This document shows, one piece after another, positions 53,717-64,000 of a stretch of DNA of 64,000 nt. The notes beneath the pieces were generated by a model. It did not search any database and was not told the DNA's origin. It saw nothing but the letters and a program-made list of their open reading frames with translations. The translations under genes were made by a program, and so were the position numbers. Position 1 is the stretch's first letter, and every line of letters begins with the position of its first letter. Origin of the DNA: Octopus vulgaris (Eukaryota); contig OX597837.1 of NCBI GenBank assembly GCA_951406725.2, positions 46,624,001 through 46,688,000 on the forward strand, in the 5' to 3' direction.

Positions 53717-56059
53717 TTTCATGTTTGTATCTATTATAGCTACTCATGTCTAAAAGAAATAGTGTTGCACTATACATATGCGTGGACATTATTTCTATTG
53801 CAGTTTTTTAAGGTGGTGAGCTGGCAGAATTGTTAGCACACTGGGCTAAATGCTTAGCGGCATTTCATCCGTCTTTGCATTCTGAGTTCAAATTCTACTG
53901 AAGTCAACTTTGCCTTCCATCCTTTTGGGTCAATAAAATAAGTTAAACACTGGGTTCAATGTAATTGACTTTACCCCTTCCTCTGAAATTGCTGGCCTTG
54001 TGCCAAAATTTGATGTCATTATTTCCATTCTATTTAATTTTTTCAAGGACCCATACTTCACATTACAAGTCAGATAAACATGAACTTAAAAATCTTGCTT
54101 GAAAACAGCAAAGATTGAACCTCAAAATACAAATTGGAATTGCTTCTAACAACAAATGAAAACTCATCTGTTTGTAGAGTGATTAACCTCAGCTTTCCTC
54201 CTTGCACGTAACACTTTCATATTTCTGTGGCTGGTTAAATAGTACCAGTAATATACTGGTGGTATCATTTTCATCGATTGTTCCCCTGATATATTTGAAA
54301 CGATAAAAACAAATTTGTTTTTAAAACATTTCAAATTTAAGTTTTGATAACATTTTAAAATGATTTGTTGGAATTGTGGGGTGGGATGTGTTAGGTGGGA
54401 GGAGGGAGTTTACTTGAATTTGTGTGGGTTAGTGAAGTTTATGTTAAAATTCTGTTAATGGGAATAAAATCAAAACCAATATGTCTGAATAAATATTATC
54501 ATTCTTGCGTAGGCTATTCCCTGTTGCTGTGTGTGTGTGTGTAAGAGCGAGACGGAGAGAGAGAGAGAGTGAAGTGTGTGGCTAGCAGAGCATGTGCGTG
54601 GGATAAAGAATATTTTGAAGACGCAGCTCAGTCTATTTCCATTGTATTCTACGCCAACTTGGACAATATGATGATATTGATTTTTGTTCATATTTTTTCC
54701 CTTCTTTCCGTGCTATTGATCTGTCCTTTGAGACAGCAACAACAACAACAGCCACTACTACTACTACTACTACTGATCAGTGGCAGATTGACTTGCAGCT
54801 AATGACCTCTCATTCATTTAATTAGCCATTTCATGATTTATCTTTCAAATTGCTTCCTTATTTTTTTCATATTGGTTTGTGTTTTGAGGTTTGTATCTGG
54901 TCAAGTTTTGAAGGTGTTGGCACTTCTGCTCTTAAAAGGCATCAGAGCAAACCTCATCTCTGTGGGTTTCTCACAAGAGTATCAGGTCCATTTCTAGAGT
55001 GAAACACTGTGATGGTGACAAGAAAAGGCAGCTTGGTTTAATGCAGCCTCTTCATCCTACCTCTTCAGTCCTTTGGATGCTTTTTTGTAAGATTTATTCT
55101 GCTGGCAGCATTCAAACCAGACACCCCTATCTTCCCAATTCCATTTCTGTCCTTGTTTTTACCTTCAGACATTGACCTACACATGTCCAGTTTGTGCAAT
55201 GGCCACGTTAATTTCACTTGTCTGTTGATGAAATGATCATAGAGCAATATGAAATGAAGTGTTTTGCTTAAGAACACAATGCAATGCCCAGTCTGGGAAT
55301 TGAAACCACAATCTTGCAATCATAAGTGCAACACCCTAACCACTAAGCCATGTGCCTTCATATATATTAATGTGTGTGTGTGTCACTGTGTGTCTCTCAC
55401 CACCACTTGACAGCCAGTTTTGTGTCTATGTCTCCACAGCTTAGCAGTTCAGCAGGAGGGACTGACAGAATAAGGGCCAGGCTTAAAAATAACTACTGGA
55501 GTCGATTCATTTGACTAAAAACACTCCAATGTGGTGCTCCAGTATGGCTGCAGTCTAATGACTGAAACAAGTAAAAGATAAAGAAGGTTAATAGGGGCAG
55601 GCATGGCTGTATTGTCAAGAAGCTGAACAACTACATGGTCTCAGGTTCTATCCCACTGCATGGCACACTGGGCAAGTTTCTTCTACTATAGCCTAGGGCT
55701 TACCAGTATCTTGTGAGTGAATTTGGCAGACAGAAGCTATGTGAAAGCTTGTTGTACTTGTATATATTGTGTATATGTGTGTGTTTTTATGTGTGCCTCT
55801 CCCACCCCTGGCTTTGACAACTGGTACTGGTTTGTTTGTGTTCTTATTACTTAGTAAATGAGTACTGGGGTCAATTTGTTGAACTAAAACCATTTGACAG
55901 TGGCCCAGGATGGCTGCAGTCCAATGACTGCAGTGGTGATAATAAGAAGGAAGAGGAAAAGAAAGAAAGAATGATTGGAAGAATTGTGAAAGGACTGTTA
56001 AAGGAATGGTCTTTTCTGTAGAACATTGCTTCTTTCTGTCCACTTTGGTTTTGAATTAC

Positions 56060-56240
56060 AAGTGAGAGGGGTCTCTATGTGGTCATAGAGCTTGCTAGAA
56101 ATAGTCACCCTCAAATCACACTCTGTTGAATGGACACATTGGAAAATGTAATACTACACACACAATGGGATGGTCATAACTGGAATGGCTTCAGTTCTAT
56201 GTCTGTTTGATCCAAGCTGAATTGTAGCTAAATAACAACT
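56060..56240 (+). repeat. Interspersed SINE-like family G
   Basis: gctagaaatag..ctcaaatcacac..ggatggtcat..ctggaatg..gctaaa.aac. Other copies at about 140-620, 6950-7140(-), 25950-26110(-), 30780-30950(-), 33690-33880. Confidence 0.6.
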
Positions 56241-56965
56241 GCCTTCTCTACCACCACCACCACCACCACCACCACCACCACCACCACCACCAACAACTCT
56301 GTTTCTTTTCTCCACCACTTTTGTTTCTTCTCTGCCATGATACAACTTGTTTCTTATCCATCTTAATAGTCTCTCCACCATCGCCATCTGTTCTCACCCT
56401 TAATATCCCACCATTCTTACCACTGTCAGCATCACCACAACATGGAGTGCCACTACTATTTCTACCTTAATACCATCACTTACCACAATCACCACCTTTG
56501 TTTCTTTCCTGTCACCTCCACCACCACCATCGTCACCGAAATATTTGTTATTCCAGATAATAGAGAATCTGTGATGGTATTTACTTTGTGCTTTTGTTTT
56601 TCTTCTCCTCTTCAACGGCAGAAACTGAGCACTTCTAAGTACAATGACGAAGAAAAAAAGAGTAAAAAAAAAAAGAAAAAAGCAAAAAAAGCACTGATCT
56701 CACAATGTGACACTAAATAGATTTATTCAGGTGTTGTAATCCAGTGTGTTTGCTTTTTGTTGTTTATTGTTCCTGATGATCATTGAATATTCCAAGGTTT
56801 TTTGTTGGTTTCTATTTTCGTCCGCTCGTTGCTTGTTCTTCCATAGCAATGGAGGAGGAGGTCTTTGTTCTGGTTTTTTGTTTCACGGATTCGCTAATGG
56901 ACATTTTTGTACTCTCCTCATTCTCCGTTGTTGCGAGTCACACCCTTGATGTGATATAAATATAG

Positions 56966-57002
<37 letters not shown>

Positions 57003-57894
57003 TTAAAGTCTGCTTTCCAATGTTGGCATGGATTGGATGAAGAGTTTATTGTGGCAGATTTTCTATGGCTGGATGCACTTGAATCGCTGATCCTCTCACT
57101 TCAGGGTAACATTTGCTTATGGCCAGACGTGTTTGCACTGAATTTTAGAAATGAACAACACTGCTTGTATGACAGGGACACTCGTTTACAACTGCCGTGC
57201 AATGTCAAGACAAGGAGACACACACACAAACATACGCAATTGGCTTCTTTCAGTTTCCACCTGCCGAATCCCTAGAATCATGATTGGGAATCAGTCTTCT
57301 TACCTTCACAAGCATACCTGCATCAAGATATGCATGTACTTAATTAATTAATTACTTATTAGGTGGTTTCTGTAAAGACTGCTCAGGGCATTTAATGATG
57401 GAATACTGGAAAGATAAACATGCTATCTGTATATTAATTTTAAGCCAAGAATCAGAAAAAAAAATAGATGTGTACAGATACACACACATATATGTGCACA
57501 TATGCACACTTGCACAAATATAAGTTTATATGGATAGAGTATAACAATCTGGCTTAGACTTCAGCAACTGAAAAATATCTGTTTACAAACAAGAAAAATA
57601 ACAATTTATAAGAGATAAGAGGTTAATAGGTTAAGCGCTTATATGCATACATACACAAATATATGGATAGAGTATAACCGTCTTGATAAAAAAAAATCAG
57701 ACTTATTGTCCTTCAAGAGGCAACAGGGAGTTTTGGGGGGCATAAGGTTGGGTTCTATGAAGCAGGCCCAAACCAGAGAGGATTTCTTAATGAGTGCCAT
57801 TAATCACATCCAAAGCATTTTTGTTTGCGTGTTTATAACCAGAATTAAGCTCCTTCAAGATCAAACCATTATAAAGACTTGGCGGTAGAGAATA

Positions 57895-57918
57895 TACGTA
57901 TATGCATATATACATACA

Positions 57919-57964
<46 letters not shown>

Positions 57965-58270
57965 TATATGTATATGCATATCTATATATAAATATATATA
58001 TGCATATATATATGTATATGCATATATATATATGTATATGCATATATATATATGTATATGCATATATATATATGTATATGCATATATATATATGTATATG
58101 CATATATATATATGTATATGCATATATATATATGTATATGCATATATGCATATATATTTATATATATATATTTAACAATCTGTATGTATATAATGATATG
58201 TATGTATGTATGTATGTATATATATATGTACACACACACATATATTTTTATATACATGTATGTGAAATAT
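57895..58270. repeat. 20-bp minisatellite (catatatatatatgtatatg) within (TA)n
   Basis: About seven near-identical units at 58003-58140. Confidence 0.9.
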
Positions 58271-60029
58271 GTATGAAGTAATTTTTCACAATTGGATGTT
58301 ACTAAACAATGAATCGGTTCTTCCGTGAGCACCAAGTGGAGGTAAAGTGCCTCCAGGCAATGAGGGATGATAACTAACTGAAGAAACAAAGATAAATGTC
58401 AACAAATGAGCGAATGAGATGGATGTGGTGTGAGAATGGGAATGTTTTAATAATGATCTGCAATGATGAAGGAAGAGGAGGAGAAATTATATAATAATCT
58501 ATGCAGAGAGAGTGATAGGGAAATAGAAAGAGTGACAGAAAGAGAGAGAGAGAGAGGGTGGGTGATGGATGTATTGTTATGCAGTTATGCAGATAAGTGT
58601 TATTCCTTTGTGGCCGTCAGGATAGAATTGTGTCATCTATTCATGATGTGTTGTTAGGAATGAATTTGTAATATCTGATGGAAATAAGGTGGAGGCATGG
58701 TTGTCTGGTTAAGAGGTTCACTCTGCAATTGCATGGATTCAGGTTCAGTCCTGCCTTCCGACATGTTGGGTTCTTCTACTCTATTTTATTTCCAGCTGCT
58801 TCAGATGCCAAGATATCGAAAATTGTCAAAGTGTAGTAACAACAGTTTTGCTATGGAATGGTGAAACTATTTTCTCATTTCCTGAAAAAGCAACATTTTG
58901 GACCTCTGACACTTTTGCATAATAGCAACAATACATATATATATATACACACACACATACATAGACACATGTATACATACACACTCTCACACACACACAC
59001 ATGATTACAAGTATATCTTTGTGTCTGTGTGTGTATCTATGTGATTTCACATCTCAAACTATAAATATGCATAAACACGTAAAAATGCATTTCTGTTCAC
59101 ATGAATGCACCAACCTGTGCAGACCCTTGTTCGCATTCATCTCTGTAGATGTATGTATGTTTATGCATATACACATGTGGAAGTGTGTGTATACATGCAC
59201 ACACACACACACACACATGTGTTTCTGTATCCATTGGTTGGCCTATGTCTGTTCTTCACTGAACAAAATTTTTTTTTTATATATAATTTCTCATTTTTTT
59301 TTTGTTGTGTCTTTTGCTATCCAACATCACAAATGAAGAACAACTCCTATTGAATTGAGACATCATTCCAAAAGAAAGTCTCTTTAAAATTCACAATATG
59401 GCAAATTATCTTTTGAAAAAATGAAAAGAAACAGAAAAAAAGTTTGTAATATCAAATGCCATTTTGAATTTCATTGTGGCAGTTCTTTTTCTTTGTTTTT
59501 GTTTTAAATTCCATTTTTGGTCTCTTTTTTTGCTTTTCCCTCAGCTTCTTTTTCTTTAAGAAGTGAATTAGGAAGTCATCAGAACCAAAAAGACATTTCC
59601 TCTAAGCTGAGATTTTTCAGTAGAGGAAATTGCTTAAGCTTCTCAATGATCATTAAGAAATCTCTGCCTATCTGTCTGAATGAGGATTGAGGATAATAAA
59701 GCCATTGATTGTCCCTCTATACATTGTACTCTCATTCACTCACTCTCACTTTTTCTTCGACTCTCCCTCTTTCTCTTCATTCTTTCACTTTTTCATTCTC
59801 CATCTCTCTCTACCCCTAATCCCACCTCTCTTTCACACACACACACCTCCCACCCTCATTACTTCCCCTTTTCAATTCCTTCTTCCTACACATAAACGAA
59901 CAATTCCTTTGTGATTTGTCAGAAGCTGTTCACAATGAATGATGAACATTATTTCATATTCATTTTGGCTCATTTAAAAAGTGTATATAATATAATATAT
60001 GAAATAATATAATGTACCGTTTAGGTATC

Positions 60030-60720
60030 TGCTAGTCTTGTGACATCATGGGTTCGTACTTGGAAAGTCTTGCTGCAATATTGTTGGCAAAGCAGCATCT
60101 GCTGTGGGCTACAGAGACCTCCATGTGAATGAAAGACCTGCTTGCCTATGTCTTGTCTGTTATGGCTTTTGGTGGTGTTGTCTTACTCATGGTTGTTCAG
60201 TTGATGGCCTTCTTTGCAAAGCTGTAGCCAAGAGTCAGATGCACAACCTGTAGTTGTTTCCTGGGCCAAGGCCATCTTACTGTTTTTAATACTTCCAATA
60301 TTGTCCGGGTGAGGTACCATTTATGTCTGCATCTCTGCCTCGTGAGTGTACAGTGTTGGAATTCCTCCAGTAATCTGGTGAACTCTGCCTCATCGTTTAG
60401 CTGTTGTTGTCATGGTGACAGTGCACTGCTTGCTGAGCTGTTTCGTTTTGTGCATATTCTTTGGCTGCAGTCTTATCTTGCAGTAAACCAAAGAGCGGTC
60501 CAGATTGCAGTCAGCACTTGGAAAGGATCGAGTCGTGAGCACAGACCCCCAAATGGCAGCATCTTGTAGGTGCCAGGTCTAATTGGTACCAGTGTCTGGG
60601 ACAGGGATGTCTCCAAGACATTTCATGCCGGGCTTTATTTTGGAAGTAAGTGTTGGTGACACACAGTCCATGGAATCATTGCCTGGTGCCATTTATGCTG
60701 CCAATCCCATGCCACTCCAT
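60030..60720 (-). mobile_element. RTE LINE apurinic-endonuclease domain fragment
   Basis: HGIGSING..FHGLCVTNTYFQNKARHEMSWRHPCPRHWYQLDL..TRSFPSADCNLDRSLVYCKIRLQPK. Confidence 0.85.
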
Positions 60721-61382
60721 ACTATTATGTTCTCAGTTCAAACAGCCAATGGGCATCACGAAAGAGAAAATACAAACACACACAGCTTTTGTCTTTTGCC
60801 CTTCCACAAGCAATGAAATTGGTGCTGAGAGTTGATGCAATCATCCGTATAGTAGAAAGCAGAGCCTTAGCTTAACCACAATTCTATAAATTAAACCAGG
60901 GAAAGAATTGTAAAAAGCATGTGATTACACCCACCCACACACCCACACACATGCAGACACACACACACATGTGTACATGTGTGTCTGTACGCATGCATTA
61001 TATATTACTTGCACACACACACAATGAAATGTTAAATGTGTAAATTCCATCCGAATAGACTTTTATTCTTTCTTTCTTCTGTGACTGAAAGAAAAGCAAT
61101 TCTCCATGTATTGGCAGTTGTTGGCCAGTTGCCAGCCGCTTCCCCACCGGCTCTTATAGTATCCAGGCTATGTCCAATCAGCTGTGCTGTGCAGCTATGA
61201 CAACTCACTACAAGCTACACACATCTTCATACAATTCATCAAACTGACTGACCAACAAAGAAATCTCTTATAGATTTCTCTATTTTTTTTTTTCAAACAA
61301 CCAGCATTATTAGTGTATTAGTGACTGGAGTTAGTGACTTACAACACTTGTATTTGTCTTTCTGAGATCAAAGTTAATATCT

Positions 61383-61740
61383 AGGCATGGCTGCATGGTA
61401 AGACGTTTGCTTCCTAACCACAGGGTTCTCAGTTCCATCCCACTGCATGGTACCTTGGGTAAATGTTTTTCACTATAACCTCAGGCCAACCAAAGCCTTG
61501 TGAATGGATGTGGTAGACAGAGACCGAAAGAAGCTCATGATATATATGTGTGTGTGTGTGTGTCTGTGATTGTCCCTCACCACAGGTTGACAACTGGTGT
61601 TTTTGTCCCCTGTAACTTAGCAGTTTGGCAAAAGAGACAGATAGAATAAGTACTAGACTTTAAAAAAAAAAATAAAGGTACTGAGGTTAATGCATTTTAT
61701 CAAAAACTCTTCAATTTGGTGCCCCAGCAAGGCCACAGTC
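61383..61740 (+). mobile_element. SINE family B, full length
   Basis: Head, (TG)n hinge and tail as in 5548-5905. Confidence 0.85.
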
Positions 61741-62792
61741 TGGGCACCATTCGAGTATGATCATTACCAGCATCACCTTACTGGCACTTGTGGTTGGCAT
61801 TAGGAAGGGCATCCAGCTGTAGAAACTCTGCCAGATCAAGATTGGAGCCTGGTGCGGCCATCTGGTTCGCCAGCCCTCAGTCAAAATCATCCAACCCATG
61901 CTAGCATGGAAAGCGGACGTTAAATGATGATGATGACAGGTGTTAGTGACTTACAACACCTACATTTTGTCTTTATCAGTCATGTACATGGAAGCGTTGC
62001 CCCTCTAACTGTACGGGTTTTGTTCTAATTTAACAAGAATATGTTTGCAATAACAGGACCCTGCCACCCCAAACAGCCTTGGCCATTTAGCTTCATGCTT
62101 GAATGTTTCGAGTACAAATGCTACCAGTTTTTACTTTTATGGAAGTAGGTGATGGTGGTAAAATTGGTCTGATTGGATCCATGCAAACTATGATGCTGTA
62201 GGCTGGTAGAAGGCATTGCTTTTGGTACATTAGGGTGATTGATGGGTTGTGTGTGAGGTGCTCTGACAGACACTGGGTCACAGAGAACTTGTTGCGGTAG
62301 ATTTATTTCTGCCTGGATGCTATGACAAGGAGACAGTAAACACACATGTACACTATGAGCCTGTGTGTATTTATATATATATATATATACATACATACAG
62401 TGGCTCTATCTAAGAATATCTGAAGAAATATATACACACACACACAAAAGTTCCTGGAATAAGCAGTCTTTAAGGATGTTGATTGAAACACATGTTTTCA
62501 GAGCTGAATTCTTCAAACTTGAAAGAATTCCTCTCTACTCGTAGTTCTGGTGCTCCTCTACTACTTCTCTTCATGATCAGAAATGTAAATATTTTGAGTC
62601 ACCAAGGGACTTGCTCAACTAGTTAATGTCAAGTAACTGACAAGCAATTCTGTGGTACTGGGCAGAATATTTGCTGTGGCCCATCTTTTAGACAAAACAA
62701 TTTACATAACACTTCCGATCAATGAAGATCAGAAGCCACGAAAGCCAGTGCCTGGGACTGCATTAAGGCATTTATTATTATCATTATTATTA

Positions 62793-63155
62793 TTACCTTT
62801 GCCTTAGTGAAGGCAGAGGTATTGTTTTCAGCAGTTTTTGTTTGTATGTTCATGGACAAGATATCTCAAGAACCGATGGAGGGATTCAGATGAAACTTTG
62901 AGGGATGTTTGGCCTTGTGGCTGGCACGAACTGATTAGATTTTGAGATCAATTTGGTACCGGACAAGGATTCTAGACTATTTTGGGGATTTTTTTTACTT
63001 AGTTTTTGAGAGCAGTCGTGTTCATTTTTAGTATTCTCATTTGTGAGAGGAGTCAAATTTATTTCAGATATTCTCAGTTTAAAAATCATTTCTGGCTAAT
63101 CGCTGAGAAGATATTGGTGTTGCCTTGATGGAGGTGGACGTTCTCTGAGTGCTCT
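62793..63155 (+). mobile_element. DINE-1/Helentron-like non-autonomous element
   Basis: 5' palindrome tacctttgcctt..aaggcagaggta, 3' sub-terminal gatggaggt plus a degenerate hairpin gttctctgagtgc, inserted in (ATT)n. Confidence 0.55.
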
Positions 63156-63200
63156 TATTATTATTATTATTATCATCATTATTATCATTATTATTATTAG

Positions 63201-63232
<32 letters not shown>

Positions 63233-63390
63233 GCATTATTTTATTATTATTATTATTATTTGTTGTTTGATTAAACCATTCCTAATTCTTGACTGGTATT
63301 TAATTTTATCAACCACTGGAGTTGACAAAACTGTTCTGCAATTTCAGATAAAGTCCTGATCAAAATAAGCCTATGACCAAAGAGGCATCA

Positions 63391-63461
<71 letters not shown>

Positions 63462-63603
63462 TCTCTCTCCTAACTTTATAAACCAACAAATGGTAACAGA
63501 GTTTCATTCCATTCTTCTCCCTAAAAAAAATTATGACTTTGTACCTAAAAAGAAAAAACACCCAGGATCTGTATATTTATCGAAAGTTTCTCTGTCATTT
63601 CAG

Positions 63604-63702
63604 GAAAATGGGATCCTTTCTAATCAACTCAAGAATGCACAATTCCAAATGCAGTCGTTGCCTGCAAATGCACATACAATGCAAGCTATGCTCGAAGCCA
63701 AA
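63604..63702 (+). CDS. ERC1: Next coding exon (99 nt, phase 0-0) of the ELKS/ERC gene
   Basis: Acceptor tttctctgtcatttcAG ends at 63603; donor GTAAGT starts at 63703. Encodes ENGILSNQLKNAQFQMQSLPANAHTMQAMLEAK, in frame with the previous exon and aligning by position with ERC1 ENSMLREEMHRR...AKTKALQTVIEMK. Confidence 0.85.
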
Positions 63703-64000
63703 GTAAGTTTTGTTTGTTTACTTTTGTTTATTTATTTTGGTTTTTATATTGTTGGGGAAATGATTTTTTAATGTTTTTCTTCAAATGAATCATCATCATC
63801 ATCAACACAACTATTGTCATCAACACCACTACCACCCCCATCTGTAACATTCATCAACACCACTTCTACCATCGTCTTCATAATGCCACCATTATCATTG
63901 TTAACATCACCTCCACCTCCACTGCTACCACCATTATCACTACCATCATCATCATCATCATCATCATCCCTGTCAACATAATAACCAGAGGTACAACACT

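Overview
AT-rich, microsatellite- and SINE-dense eukaryotic intronic DNA, most likely from an octopus (inferred from the repeat families). It lies inside a large + strand gene of the ELKS/ERC/CAST (Bruchpilot-like) active-zone family, with two clear phase-0 coding exons (46343-46729 and 63604-63702). The rest is intron filled with tRNA-derived SINEs, RTE and R4-like LINE fragments, decayed mariner/maT transposases, a Helitron, MITEs and Penelope-type termini carrying minimal hammerhead ribozymes. The most striking observation concerns RNA architecture. Three polypyrimidine-AG|GT recursive splice sites (4356/7, 7870/1, 40945/6) divide the upstream intron. Every resulting segment, and the downstream intron, starts with unique sequence complementary to its own far end (collinear, antiparallel, G-U rich). 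Further duplexes nest inside and span up to about 32 kb, and none of these ladder stems crosses a recursive site. The large coding exon also folds back onto its downstream intron like an ADAR editing-complementary sequence. All pairings were found by eye and need statistical and comparative confirmation.
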